From the IMG/VR virus record IMGVR_UViG_3300036713_000599: a stretch of DNA of 64,000 bases; one strand, 5' to 3'. Origin of the DNA: a virus. Its lineage: Duplodnaviria; Caudoviricetes. The position numbers and the translations under genes were made by a program. Shown here piece by piece: positions 17,530-27,935 of this stretch. The notes beneath the pieces were generated by a model, which had not been told where the DNA came from, did not search any database, and was given only the letters and a program-made list of their open reading frames with translations. Within the stretch, counting starts at the first letter, position 1. Each line of letters opens with the position of its first letter.

Positions 17530-18348
17530 CTAGGCCGCGGATTCTTGTCGCAGGTTCTTCCCTCCAGCGATTTCATTCAGACGCTTCACTAGATCTGGTC
17601 GCTTGAACTCCAGGTGAAGATTGCCATTTTTGCAAGCCCTGAACTTGAAGAACTCCGTCTCGCCTCGACCATTTCCAGACAGAGGGGTATTTCCGATCTC
17701 CATCTGGAGCTTCGACTGCCAGTCCTTGGTCATCTGGCCGCGACCGTCCAAGGCACTGAACACATTTTCCAGTGCAGTCAAATCTTGTTGACTGTGGTAC
17801 TGGACGCTGAAGTTTTTCGACCACCGCGGTTCATCAATGACGTAAGAAAGGATGACTTTTTTCCCAATTTCAAACTGGGAATTCGTCTTGTATTCCTTAT
17901 CCCGTCGTGGGTGAGGGCGGAGCATATCAAACACTTCTTCGATAGCTTCCTCCAAAAGACGAGGAAGATTCTCGATATACGCTTCCGCAAATCCCAGCAC
18001 TTCTTCTACGGTGATTTCCGGAAGATCTCCCTTCTCAAGTTGGTCACTGAGTTGCTTCCTGCTCTTGATCGACAAAGCGCGTTTGATGTCTAAGTGATCA
18101 ATGAGAATCCTCCAGGTATCTTTCTTGAGGTTCTTGAGGACTATATCTGGGTTGTCAAAATGACCTCGAAAGTTCGAAGTATCCCTGATGTACAGCCCAT
18201 GTGAACCTCCGTCCGTCATGTAAACCTCATTGAGGCTTTTCTGAGCGGAACTGATTAGGCTGTAGGCCTTTCGGATGTCTTCCGTGGCTTTCTGGTAGAC
18301 TCGAACTAGTTCCGTGACCGTCGCTCTTTTTGCCAGTGCGTTATCCAT
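17530..18348 (-). CDS. DUF4942-like protein
   Basis: LPEIT, YKTNSQFEIGKKVIL, FFKFRACKNGNLHLEFKRPDLVKRLN recalled as DUF4942-like; ATG 5 nt after class I motif 18354-18382. Confidence 0.7.
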   Translation of the reverse strand: MDNALAKRATVTELVRVYQKATEDIRKAYSLISSAQKSLNEVYMTDGGSHGLYIRDTSNFRGHFDNPDIVLKNLKKDTWRILIDHLDIKRALSIKSRKQLSDQLEKGDLPEITVEEVLGFAEAYIENLPRLLEEAIEEVFDMLRPHPRRDKEYKTNSQFEIGKKVILSYVIDEPRWSKNFSVQYHSQQDLTALENVFSALDGRGQMTKDWQSKLQMEIGNTPLSGNGRGETEFFKFRACKNGNLHLEFKRPDLVKRLNEIAGGKNLRQESAA

Positions 18349-18389
18349 GCCCCTACTACGGCAGGAGCTGACAAGAGTTCGGAGAACTT

Positions 18390-18662
18390 TTAATTTAACT
18401 GGATGGGCGGGATCCCTTCAGGCATTACAATAAAGACGTGATCATCGAGTGAGACAACATCCATGCCAACCAGTCTAGCCTCGGATCGAAATCCGTCCAT
18501 CCACTTATCGCTCACAGCGTCGGCTTGTGTTTGTGGGCAAAACAGAAAGACCTGTTTATGTGGAAAGTCTGGATGGCCTTCACACGAGAACATCCTGAAG
18601 TACTCCCAGATGGTCGTACGGTAAGCCCTGGCCCCTGCTTTTATTCTGTAGTACTCACGCAT
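18390..18662 (-). CDS. hypothetical protein
   Basis: ATG 10 nt after GGTGTA (18673-18678). Confidence 0.6.
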   Translation of the reverse strand: MREYYRIKAGARAYRTTIWEYFRMFSCEGHPDFPHKQVFLFCPQTQADAVSDKWMDGFRSEARLVGMDVVSLDDHVFIVMPEGIPPIQLN

Positions 18663-18742
18663 GTTTTGAGAGTACACCAGGTTTTGGCGCACACGTCAAA
18701 CATATTCTATACGTAGCGATCAAGAGCAAAGGCCTGGGCCAG

Positions 18743-20173
18743 CTACTCATGCACCCACACGGGACAGGACATAGTTTTTCCCCGTTTTTCGTCGAGGATG
18801 TAAAAACTTTGCTTTGGGGGTTCAGGGGTAGCCCCTATCGCGAAGCCATAGGGGCTGGGTCCAACCACTGAACCATTGAACACGATCTGAGGAAGATCGA
18901 AAAGCTGGTGAAAGTGGCCGAAATGGTAGATGTCGCAGTCTCTCCACTTATCCCACCTATGGCAAGCTTTGATTGCAGGGACAGTAACCCCACCTAGGCC
19001 GCCCCGGTACTTAATGTTAAATCCGTGATGGAAAGCGAGGGTCCGGTCGAGTACCGTAACGTACTGCATCTCGTCCCGGGTGGCGTGAATGGTCACTCGG
19101 GGTTCGTCCTTGAAGTCGTGTCCAAGGATTTGATACATAACCCATTCCCACGAATGGCCGTATCCGGTCGTATGCCTAGTCTCTTTTGTCGTCCTTCCGT
19201 GGTTACCGTACGAACAAGGGACTGTTACCGAAATATCAGGCAAATTCTCCAAGACGTAATGGATCCCGGATACGATCCAGTCCCGCACGCTGAGCATTGC
19301 AACTGCGGGAGGCACCTCGGCCGTTTCCAGGAGTTCGTCATGGATATCTCCAGTGATCAAATCACCTCCGAGCCACAGCACTAGCGTTGGGATATTAAAC
19401 GTGTCGTGGGAGACGTGCTTCGTGAGCCAGACGATGCCTTGAAAGAACCGGGATACCCGCCTCTTGGCGATTTCCAAAGAGTACTCATTCCGGACAACCT
19501 CCGTCGGAACAATGCGTTCTTCTGCGTGGACATCGGAAAGCAAAGCTACCGCAACGGCATTTCTTTGTCCTGAGTGAACTACAGTAGGCTGAATTGGTTG
19601 TACGGGTTCCTGTGTGTACTGTTCGTAGGTAGTGACCAAGTGCTTCAGCTCATCTATTCGCTCAAGGGCTCTACGTAAGTCACGACGAGCTGTATTCTTT
19701 TGCCGTCGGTGGCGTTCCAGTTCACCTAGGCGACGAAGCGGTACGGGAGGGGTTTCCTGCTCCGGGGATTGGGGGACAGCACCTTCCTTTTGATCAAGGG
19801 ACGGCACAGGTTGGGTTACCGGGGCTTCTTCTTCGGCCAACGGCTCAACGCTATCCGTGGGTTCAGTCTTTGGAGGTGGAGGTGGAGGTGGAGGTTGGAC
19901 CACAACATGAGAAGACTGGTCCCATTTCGATCCAATGAGGTCGGTGACGGTTACGTCCTCATAGCGCTTGCACCGATCCCTTACCTTGCCTGCTGTAATG
20001 TCGTACCAGCCTGTTGCCTCGCGTATGGAAGGCACCAACTCTCTGACTACAGTACCTGGAGGGGCTGTAGCTAGAATTTCTCGGACTTTCGGCCATATGC
20101 GTTTCCAACGGACCGGCATACTGTTTCTCCAAGCTTGTGTTTTGGGTGTCGATCGTCTTTCCCGTCTCGCCAA
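18743..20173 (-). CDS. calcineurin-like metallophosphoesterase with Pro-rich/coiled-coil N-terminus
   Basis: LSDVH, GGDLITGDIH, GNHGR, HHG, GHFH; start uncertain. Confidence 0.8.
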   Translation of the reverse strand: MARRERRSTPKTQAWRNSMPVRWKRIWPKVREILATAPPGTVVRELVPSIREATGWYDITAGKVRDRCKRYEDVTVTDLIGSKWDQSSHVVVQPPPPPPPPKTEPTDSVEPLAEEEAPVTQPVPSLDQKEGAVPQSPEQETPPVPLRRLGELERHRRQKNTARRDLRRALERIDELKHLVTTYEQYTQEPVQPIQPTVVHSGQRNAVAVALLSDVHAEERIVPTEVVRNEYSLEIAKRRVSRFFQGIVWLTKHVSHDTFNIPTLVLWLGGDLITGDIHDELLETAEVPPAVAMLSVRDWIVSGIHYVLENLPDISVTVPCSYGNHGRTTKETRHTTGYGHSWEWVMYQILGHDFKDEPRVTIHATRDEMQYVTVLDRTLAFHHGFNIKYRGGLGGVTVPAIKACHRWDKWRDCDIYHFGHFHQLFDLPQIVFNGSVVGPSPYGFAIGATPEPPKQSFYILDEKRGKTMSCPVWVHE

Positions 20174-20524
20174 AGCAAAGCTCGCGAGGGACAGATCGAG
20201 GTGAAGCGCTGTCTCGGTAAGAGCTTCTAGGTCTATCGCACGACGTTTTAAGTCTCGGATGACACGGGTTGTGAGACGGTCTCTTGGACACTCGGACCAT
20301 GTAGCTTACGGGACGCAAAAAAACATTCACGGAACAGAACCAAACCTGCTTCACAGCTTTCGCATTCCTAAGTGTACACACATTCGTATAGTCTCGGTCG
20401 ATCTGCAATTTTATGCCAACAGGGATTGACCGGTTCCGTCTCGTGTTTAATTTACCACGTGTTGAGCGAAACTTAGTAAATAAAAGCTACAACAACCAAC
20501 TGACCTGACTACTCGGAGGCACTT

Positions 20525-20908
20525 ATGTTGTGTAGACTCAACGACGTGTGGGACAGTCTCGCCATGAGCGAGGCAGGGTTACTTAACAACGATCTACCTT
20601 GTGTAGACATCCACGACACAGGCGACACCTATACTGTGATTGCCGACGTGCCTGGATTTCCCAAGGACAACATCGAAGTCACGATTGACCACGAGGTTCT
20701 GAAAATCTCGGGTAAGCGGGAAACCGCGGTACCAGAGCCTCATACAGCATGTCGACTTGAGCGCAAGCAAAAGTATTTTCAGCGTTCCTTCTCTTTCCCG
20801 GCACCAATCGACACTGAAAAGGTGCAAGCAAAAGTCGAAGATGGGGTTCTAACGGTTAATCTCACAAAAGCGTCCAGTGCCAAACCTCGGCGTCTCACCA
20901 TTGAGTAG
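20525..20908 (+). CDS. small heat-shock protein Hsp20
   Basis: VDIHDTGDTYTVIADVPG, LKISGKR, FQRSFSFP, AKVEDGVLTVNL; GGAGG RBS. Confidence 0.93.
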   Translation: MLCRLNDVWDSLAMSEAGLLNNDLPCVDIHDTGDTYTVIADVPGFPKDNIEVTIDHEVLKISGKRETAVPEPHTACRLERKQKYFQRSFSFPAPIDTEKVQAKVEDGVLTVNLTKASSAKPRRLTIE

Positions 20909-21230
20909 ACGGGACGCTGATCGTCTTCGAGGACAGATCGGCGTCCCCCCAGACATACACGTCGGTCATCTTCGTCCCGTCGGACTTGTAGATAACCACT
21001 ATGATGTGCGGATGAACCTCTATTCGGTCGATAGGTCTCTCTGCTTCAGCAATGACCTTGTCCACAAAATCCCACGAACAATTTTTCTTGCCTCCCCTTA
21101 GCGGCCAGGTACGGCCCACGGGAAGTGCAGGTGACAACCATAGTTCGTGTCCTCTGTAACAGGTTGTCCGGACAGGGCCACTACCTATGTCTGTCCAGAG
21201 AGTCGCGGTGGTTTTTCCAAAAGGCCTCAT
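20895..21230 (-). CDS. hypothetical protein
   Basis: ATG 11 nt after GGTGTA (21242-21247), divergent from the next gene. Confidence 0.55.
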   Translation of the reverse strand: MRPFGKTTATLWTDIGSGPVRTTCYRGHELWLSPALPVGRTWPLRGGKKNCSWDFVDKVIAEAERPIDRIEVHPHIIVVIYKSDGTKMTDVYVWGDADLSSKTISVPSTQW

Positions 21231-21288
21231 CTGTAGGAGTATACACCGAAAGGGGGGGCTCCGCCTTCCTCTGGTGTATGACAACACC

Positions 21289-21561
21289 ATGGGCTTCGAA
21301 ATAATCAGGAACAGAATTTTAGAAATTACCAACACTTACGAAGACTCATTTCGTAAAGAGGTGCTTGTCGCAAAGAAATTGGAGACCCCACCTTCTTCAG
21401 AGGTAGACGCTATCGCCCACCTGTTGTGGGTGTGCGGGGAAATAAGACAGACGCTTGAGGAGGAAAAGCTTGGGTGCATTGGAGAATGCACGAGGTTGTT
21501 GAGTTTCATCCAAGGAGCTTTGTGGGCGATGGGGAAAAAGCAGCCTACTGACGAACCTTGA
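21289..21561 (+). CDS. hypothetical protein
   Basis: ATG 10 nt after GGTGTA (21273-21278). Confidence 0.6.
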   Translation: MGFEIIRNRILEITNTYEDSFRKEVLVAKKLETPPSSEVDAIAHLLWVCGEIRQTLEEEKLGCIGECTRLLSFIQGALWAMGKKQPTDEP

Positions 21562-22009
21562 ACCGAGATCTTCTTTCTTTCAGAACAGCCTCGATCTGTT
21601 CGTTGGACATCTTCGGGGCACCTTTGACAACACCACTCATAGCGGCGAGAGTGGTTTCGTCAAGTTCTCCTGTGGGCTCTAGCCCAAGTGTTGTCTGCAC
21701 AATGCGATTAAGCTGTCCTGTTGTTTCCACGATACTACCACGGTCCTTTATGATCGCGCACTCGCTACTGTGAACCGCAAGGACAAGATCCGCATGCCAG
21801 TAGAGTGTTGGTGGCATCATGAGACCGCAGTCAGGCGGGCCGACGACAACCAGGCGGTAGAGCCTATCATAGTGGAACCTGTACTTCGGGTACATTTCCC
21901 GAAGGTTCTCAAGAATACTCCGGACCTCTTTAGCAGGAAAGTCTTTGTCCGGAGCGGTGATGGTCCTTAGACGTGAGACGAGTACGGTAGTCCGCTCTTT
22001 TTGATCCAT
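21545..22009 (-). CDS. hypothetical protein
   Basis: 154-aa ORF. Confidence 0.6.
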   Translation of the reverse strand: MDQKERTTVLVSRLRTITAPDKDFPAKEVRSILENLREMYPKYRFHYDRLYRLVVVGPPDCGLMMPPTLYWHADLVLAVHSSECAIIKDRGSIVETTGQLNRIVQTTLGLEPTGELDETTLAAMSGVVKGAPKMSNEQIEAVLKERRSRFKVRQ

Positions 22010-22057
22010 AGGAAGGCCTGTACACTATTGCGGGACCTTTGGTGTATAAATACCACC

Positions 22058-22312
22058 ATGGCACCCTACAAGTACAAAAAAGAGTATGACCTGCCCATAC
22101 GTGTAGGAGACAGGATCCGGTGTAGGGCTAGAGGGCAGGTGTATCAAGTGAAGGATATACGGTTCGCTTCGAGAGGTGTGATTATGGTAGGTTGCGCGGA
22201 CGAAGATCTTGATGGTATTCAAGACGTCTTCTTGGACGGAGACCGGGACGAGAGAAGAATAGCTGCTGCCGTGAACGGTTGTATTATGAGCGTTTACTGG
22301 GAGAGGCTTTGA
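22058..22312 (+). CDS. hypothetical protein
   Basis: ATG 11 nt after GGTGTA (22041-22046). Confidence 0.55.
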   Translation: MAPYKYKKEYDLPIRVGDRIRCRARGQVYQVKDIRFASRGVIMVGCADEDLDGIQDVFLDGDRDERRIAAAVNGCIMSVYWERL

Positions 22313-22623
22313 ATACGATGGGACCGCAACCTTCTCTCAGCTACTCTACACTGGTGAAGGCTCGCGTAGAGAACCTTCGTCGGTTGACAAAGGCACTAGG
22401 CTTGGGCACTTCTGGGTGGATCGAGCGTCCCGACGAGAAGCACTGCCTGGCCCGAGCTATTGTTTTCTGGTACAAACGGAATCCGCAACAGCGTCGGAAG
22501 AGAATTGACCGAGAACGGTGTTTGCACAGGACTTAGGGCCGACACGCGTAATCCTGGACTGTTGTGCTTGAGAAAGGTGTTGTAAGGCTTTTCGGAGGCC
22601 AAGACAACAGGATTTTTCCACGC

Positions 22624-22908
22624 TTATTTCCTTCCCGGAGGCTTCATAGGCAGGGGACCGAAGTCCAGTATCTTGCTGGGTCCTTTGTCTTTGACTTCTA
22701 CCTTTTGTTTGAGGGGGAACGATCGTTTGTCTAGTTTGTTTTCTTTGTAAACACCTTCGGCCCACGCTCTTTGTTTTTTGGACAAAGAGATAGCTTTGCC
22801 GGTAGCCAGACTATCGTACATCGCCTGGAAAACAGGTCTGTTGGTGAGCCTGCCGGGTGGCATGCTAAGGAGGATTCTCAGTAGCTGTAGATCTGTGAGA
22901 TTTTTCAT
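22624..22908 (-). CDS. hypothetical protein
   Basis: 94-aa ORF. Confidence 0.6.
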   Translation of the reverse strand: MKNLTDLQLLRILLSMPPGRLTNRPVFQAMYDSLATGKAISLSKKQRAWAEGVYKENKLDKRSFPLKQKVEVKDKGPSKILDFGPLPMKPPGRK

Positions 22909-23102
22909 GTTTTTAGACCAATGGTAGCAATTTCACCAAGATAGGCGACCGTTCCGCAGGAGCGGACTCGACAGTCTGTGACGCCCACATTAAAGTTGGC
23001 GACGACGATTTATCACACATTCATACACCGATTGGCAAAAATAGCCGGACCAGATCCTTCACTTGGCGTAATGCTAGAAAGTTTTTTTGTCCAAGGAGAT
23101 TT

Positions 23103-23495
23103 ATGAGTGAGCAAGTCGAGCGAGTAATCCGGAAGTACGCCCGGGAGCTGTCCAGCCGTGAGTTCGAAACACTCATGAGATGGCTCGGCCCAAAGGCGTA
23201 CACAGCCCACAAACAGTACCCTGAAGGTCGGCGATATTTTGATACGCGAACACGTGTATTTGCCTTCAATATCTCCCCAGAAGATTACTTGGCGTACGAT
23301 ATTGACACCGCACGTCGAATGATGGACGGTGGAGCAAAGCTCCGGGATGTGGTAAACCCCAGAGCCTACGCCGCAATGCGTGATGTGATCGGGGAGCTGA
23401 AGAAGCGGAATGTCAAATTCCGTCTAGAGAAGCGTGCGTGGACAAAAGGAGGGAGCTTCATCGTCGCCAAGCTCCCTGAGCCTAAGAGCAAGTAG
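23103..23495 (+). CDS. hypothetical protein
   Basis: 130 aa, AAGGAG RBS. Confidence 0.7.
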   Translation: MSEQVERVIRKYARELSSREFETLMRWLGPKAYTAHKQYPEGRRYFDTRTRVFAFNISPEDYLAYDIDTARRMMDGGAKLRDVVNPRAYAAMRDVIGELKKRNVKFRLEKRAWTKGGSFIVAKLPEPKSK

Positions 23496-23690
23496 ATTAC
23501 TTTAGTTGGTAGAAGTAGTAGAGAGCTAGAACACTGCCCGCACCAATCAGGTAACCTAAGGACATATAGAAGATCTTATGTTGCCTGACCTGTCGCCTGT
23601 TCTTGAGAAGGGGCCTGAGGTCCAAGGGCTCGGAGTTGGCGAGAAATTTCCTAATACGAGCTTCAACGTATGTGACAGGTTTTTTCTCCG

Positions 23691-24023
23691 CTACTTGACC
23701 TCACCGATAATTCCAAAAATAGCTAAGGCCATTCCGAAAATGACCAGGACCACAAAGGCGATTTTAGAGGCAAGGGAAAGCCAACCGAGCAAATTTCTCG
23801 CATGTTCAACCGACGGGTCCACCTCACTGTAAAGTCGGTTGAACAAACCTAAAGCAAAATCACTGTTACAGTCTAGGTCGAAAGCACGTTGAAAGTGTCT
23901 CTCCAGACCGAATTTTTTCCACGCAGGAATGTGCCTATCTTGCCACAACCGAATACCTTGCAGGTCTCTGTTTCGAACAAGCTGCCGGCCTTCTTCTAGT
24001 ACAGATTCGTCTAATGTCGCCAT
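23691..24023 (-). CDS. membrane protein with C-terminal TM helix
   Basis: ATG 10 nt after GGTGTA; IAFVVLVIFGMALAIFGII. Confidence 0.65.
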   Translation of the reverse strand: MATLDESVLEEGRQLVRNRDLQGIRLWQDRHIPAWKKFGLERHFQRAFDLDCNSDFALGLFNRLYSEVDPSVEHARNLLGWLSLASKIAFVVLVIFGMALAIFGIIGEVK

Positions 24024-24178
24024 GTGATTAACCTACACCAGTGAGAGAGACAGAGGGCCTCCAGGCCTTCCCAGAAAAACACCAGGCCCTATACAGACTG
24101 GAAATGGAAGGCTCGGTCTACAAGGACCTTAGACTGAGTCTTCCAGGTACCATTAGGAGAACAGGTGGGTCGTTTGAT

Positions 24179-25834
24179 TCAGTAGGTGCAGTTCACTGCG
24201 TCAAACAAACCAGGTGAGGTGTAGATGCATCCGGCAGGGACCACTCCGTTGATCGGCACAATCACGTCTGCGCCAAGCACTGCCCCAGCACCGACGCTGG
24301 AGCCTTGCCGAACGACAGATCTAGTGCCCACGGTCGCGCCAGTGTAAACAGTGACGTACTGGTGCAGCACTGCGTAGGCCTCGATGGTCACAAAGGGGTA
24401 CAGCTTCACCCCTTTGTGTAACGAAGATCCGTCCTGGATGTCACAATCGTTGTCGATATCGAAGTCCTTGTGGATAATACAATCAGCACCAATGTTCGAA
24501 TTGTCTCCAATCGACCCGTCTTTGTGAAGCAAGGATTCCGCACCAACACTGACGTTATTCCCTATGTCTACACTAGGGTCTACCTTCGCCGTAGGGTCTA
24601 CTACTACAGGGATAGTCTGACTGATCTTCATCAGGAAGGCGTCACGTATACCTGACTGTGTTTGACCCGGAAAAGCGCCCTCTGTTCCACCAACGACGTA
24701 GATCGACAGATCACTGGGATTGAACGACGATGCGTAAATAGGTGCTTCATCAGGATTATTCAGAGGGAAGTTCCATACTTCGTTCCCCGCCGGGTCCAAC
24801 TTTACTACCACTCCGCCGTACGCTGGCAAGGACTGACCATTCCAAGTGTCGCCGTTCAAGGCGTAGATCCAGTTACCTCTATCGTCCACTACTCCGCCTG
24901 TGCCGCCGCCCTGGGAACCAGTGGCCCCGCCTACCTGCTTACTCCAAATCTGGTTACCGTCAAGATCATACTTGGTCGCCCAACTCTGTGAGTTGTCCAC
25001 CGTGGTACTTAGGTAGACAAAGCCGTTCACATTATCCACTGCCATACCAGTCCCGATTTCACCGCCACTGGAACCGAACTGGCGTCCCCAGATGACAGTG
25101 CCGTCTGGGCCAACCTTTACCAAAAAGTTGTCGAAATAACCCCCCAAATGTGTCCCGTACAGGTCTCCTGTGGTTTCCCCCAGGACATAGATGTTCCCAC
25201 TTGCGTCAATGGCAGCATCTGTAGTACGATCGTCTCCAGTAGTACCCCACTGCTTACGAAATAGTTCAGTTCCGTTGGGGGCAAACTTGATCAGTGCAAT
25301 ATCCTGACCGCCGGCCCACGTACCGTCAAAATCCCCTTCCACGTACAGAGCAGCGTATACGTTATCGCTGCTGTCCACAACGACACCTTCTGCGGCATCC
25401 CAACCGCTCGTACCTGAACCACCGGCCACGAGAGTTCCGAATTCCTGGCTCCAGACAACGGTCCCGTCGGGGGCAAACTTTGTGACAACACCGTCGTAGT
25501 ACCTGTCGGTCCCTGTTGGGCGTACGGACCCTGCTCCGTAGATGTTTCCCTGGCTATCAAACGCCATTTCCTTGGCGTCCGTCGAGTCGTCCGGGAAAAA
25601 TGATTCCCAGACCAAGCTTCCACTGGGGCTGTACTTGCGAACGTATGTGCTAGGACCGAAGCCGATAAGGTATGCGTTTCCGCCGGGCCCTACGCTTACC
25701 TCAGAGGCGAAGCTGAAGCTGTAGGCATCGGTCCACTGCTGTGTCCATTCCACCTGCTGCGTTTCCGCAGCATAAGAGGTTGCTGCAGATACTGCCGAAA
25801 TCAGTGCCACCAAACCAGTTGTACGTAGTCTCAT
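24179..25834 (-). CDS. secreted SBBP-type beta-propeller fused to a C-terminal left-handed beta-helix
   Basis: Signal peptide; repeated D.SGNIY..G.T.G...G..D.(F/A)LVK...G...W.RQ.G units; hexapeptide repeats from about residue 415. Confidence 0.8.
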   Translation of the reverse strand: MRLRTTGLVALISAVSAATSYAAETQQVEWTQQWTDAYSFSFASEVSVGPGGNAYLIGFGPSTYVRKYSPSGSLVWESFFPDDSTDAKEMAFDSQGNIYGAGSVRPTGTDRYYDGVVTKFAPDGTVVWSQEFGTLVAGGSGTSGWDAAEGVVVDSSDNVYAALYVEGDFDGTWAGGQDIALIKFAPNGTELFRKQWGTTGDDRTTDAAIDASGNIYVLGETTGDLYGTHLGGYFDNFLVKVGPDGTVIWGRQFGSSGGEIGTGMAVDNVNGFVYLSTTVDNSQSWATKYDLDGNQIWSKQVGGATGSQGGGTGGVVDDRGNWIYALNGDTWNGQSLPAYGGVVVKLDPAGNEVWNFPLNNPDEAPIYASSFNPSDLSIYVVGGTEGAFPGQTQSGIRDAFLMKISQTIPVVVDPTAKVDPSVDIGNNVSVGAESLLHKDGSIGDNSNIGADCIIHKDFDIDNDCDIQDGSSLHKGVKLYPFVTIEAYAVLHQYVTVYTGATVGTRSVVRQGSSVGAGAVLGADVIVPINGVVPAGCIYTSPGLFDAVNCTY

Positions 25835-25862
25835 CTTTTCCTTTTCCTTTTCCTTTTCCTTT
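25835..25862 (-). repeat. (GAAAAG)4 microsatellite abutting the start codon
   Basis: Plus strand (CTTTTC)4CTTT at 25835-25862. Confidence 0.9.
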
Positions 25863-25911
25863 ACGATGCGGTTGCTTGTTTACACCACGAAGAAAAGTTT
25901 TGGAGATATTA

Positions 25912-26211
25912 TTAACCTTCTTGCCCGGCAGCGCCGGAAATTTGCTCCCACCCCGAGCCACCGTGCGTGGGGCATGAACCTTTCCCGTACCATCTGTCGT
26001 GGTTATTCGACCTGAATCCGCGGACCTCCTTGTAAGGTTCGCGGGGAACCATTGTCAGCCCGTAGCTTTTTAGCTCACGGATAACATAGACCGGAACTGG
26101 CAATCCGAGAGCTTCGGCCAATTCTACGGCTTCCTCGAAGGTGAAGTAACTACGTTCATCTTCAAGGAGGTGTTCTACGAAGTTTTCTATGGATTGCAGT
26201 TCGGGTCCCAT
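25912..26211 (-). CDS. hypothetical protein
   Basis: ATG 5 nt after class I motif 26217-26245. Confidence 0.7.
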   Translation of the reverse strand: MGPELQSIENFVEHLLEDERSYFTFEEAVELAEALGLPVPVYVIRELKSYGLTMVPREPYKEVRGFRSNNHDRWYGKGSCPTHGGSGWEQISGAAGQEG

Positions 26212-26232
26212 GCCCGTACTACGACTAGACCG

Positions 26233-27234
26233 TCAAAGAGTTCGGACAAATTTTGCCACGACCATCACGGACGACGCGGACTTGTATCCATTGAGAGTGG
26301 AAATTAGCTTGTCGAAATCATCAGGAATGATCCATTGCTCGGGCTTCGGTGTCTTGATCTTGTACTCCGATACCTCGTCAATCGCTGCCTCGATTGCCTC
26401 CAGGATCTTTTCCCCAGGCTTTTGGGCATCGAGATTGAGCTGTTTGAGATCCTTCGCGAACGCGTCAATAGTGGCAAACTTGTCAAAGTAACTGTCATAG
26501 GTCTTGAACGGTACAGTCTCCGTTGTCCCAAGAAGTCCCGAGAGGCGGCTCGCGACCATGCGGAATTCGAGAAACATTTCTCGAAAGGTCTCGCCCCTTT
26601 GCATGAGGGTTTTAAAGTCAGCAAGCTTAGGCTCCTCTTGAAACCGTTTCACACTTTTCAAGAGGAGCTTGTATCTAGACGCAAGCCGACTAGATCTACC
26701 TACAAGGTCGTGGGCAACTTTCCGTGCGTCTTTCCATACGCGTTCGTCTTTTGGTGCCAATGAGCCTTTGAGAGCTTTGTCAGCAGCGTCTTGCAGGTCG
26801 CCTAACTCGTCAACGAAATCATCCGCCAGGTACTCCCTGAGATCCATCTTACCTGGAAGTCGGAGGCCGACGATATAGGCTTTCTGGACATGTTCCATGC
26901 CCAAAACAGCTTTGTCCATGAGGGTGTTCACTCTACGGGCAGATTCGCGGCGCTTGCGGGCCTCTTCTTCTTGGGGCGACGGGCTCACTTTGGTCCGATC
27001 CCGCACCCTCTTTCCTTGAAGGATGTCAGCGGCTACCGAAAGCTCAACCATTTTTCGAGGGTCGCCGCCGAGGTCAGGATGGTGCTCGATAGCTTTGGTT
27101 CTGAGTCTCTTCCGGACTTCCGCGGGAGTAGGATTTGCATGCAGAGGGAAGTCGAGCAATTCCTTGGCTTCTTCCAAGGACATTGCGACGAATAAACGTG
27201 CCCTAAGGTCGGCAGCCTGTCGCTCGGTAAACAT
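26233..27234 (-). CDS. J-domain protein with helical C-terminal region
   Basis: EAKELLDF...EVRKRLRTKAIEHHPDLGGDPRKMVELSVAADIL (HPD motif). Confidence 0.75.
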   Translation of the reverse strand: MFTERQAADLRARLFVAMSLEEAKELLDFPLHANPTPAEVRKRLRTKAIEHHPDLGGDPRKMVELSVAADILQGKRVRDRTKVSPSPQEEEARKRRESARRVNTLMDKAVLGMEHVQKAYIVGLRLPGKMDLREYLADDFVDELGDLQDAADKALKGSLAPKDERVWKDARKVAHDLVGRSSRLASRYKLLLKSVKRFQEEPKLADFKTLMQRGETFREMFLEFRMVASRLSGLLGTTETVPFKTYDSYFDKFATIDAFAKDLKQLNLDAQKPGEKILEAIEAAIDEVSEYKIKTPKPEQWIIPDDFDKLISTLNGYKSASSVMVVAKFVRTL

Positions 27235-27902
27235 ACAAGTGAGGGCTGACGAAAGAATTATTCCTCAAGGAAGAATCCCACCAGCTGGAGAATTTTTCCA
27301 TCCTCAGTGGTCCGAATAGTTGGGTTAGCCACGCCGAAGAAAGAATCGGCGAAGCGAAGAGCCCCGCCGCCAATGGCTGCTGTTGTGATCGTGAAGCTGA
27401 TGACACGGCTCTCGTATTCCTGAGAGCTTACACGGAAGGCGGAATCAGCCGTCACTTTGAACCGGTGAACAACACGTGACCTTCTGACACACCCGTCTTA
27501 GCGATTGTACGGGTGTACACGTATTCTGGGCGTCTGGAGTGGTCGAGCACCGGACGAGGCGTGGTGGTTTGGATGAGCACGGTAAGATAATCCCTCCAGG
27601 GCTTTTGATTTCACTCGGAAGCCGATCAGGGTCAAGTAGCGCGAACTTTGACGAACATTCGTCTTGGAGAGCCTCTTCTAGTTCTCTCACAGAAGCGCCT
27701 GCTATAGACAATCCTAGGGATTTGATCAAAAGACGAGATTGCTCAAGGGTCATAAGCTTGTGTACACCAGGCGTACGAGAAAATGGAAACGCCGGCTACC
27801 ATGTGGGGGAGGGGTAGCCGGCGTTCGCCGTCAAATGTTATGTAGTAAGTAAATACACCACCGAAAGGTTCACGGCCACATAAATCAACCATCACCTAAA
27901 AG

Positions 27903-27935
27903 AAAGAAAGGTCGCCTTCAAAGCGACCTTTCTTT
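27903..27935. terminator. bidirectional intrinsic terminator-like hairpin
   Basis: Perfect 13-bp stem aaagaaaggtcgc/gcgacctttcttt with 7-nt loop. Confidence 0.7.

Noticed and set aside
24135-24146. 12-nt match TGAGTCTTCCAG to the CRISPR repeat as a tracrRNA anti-repeat
   Set aside because: Short enough to occur by chance, 15 kb from the locus, matches the trimmed part of the repeat, and CasPhi does not need a tracrRNA.
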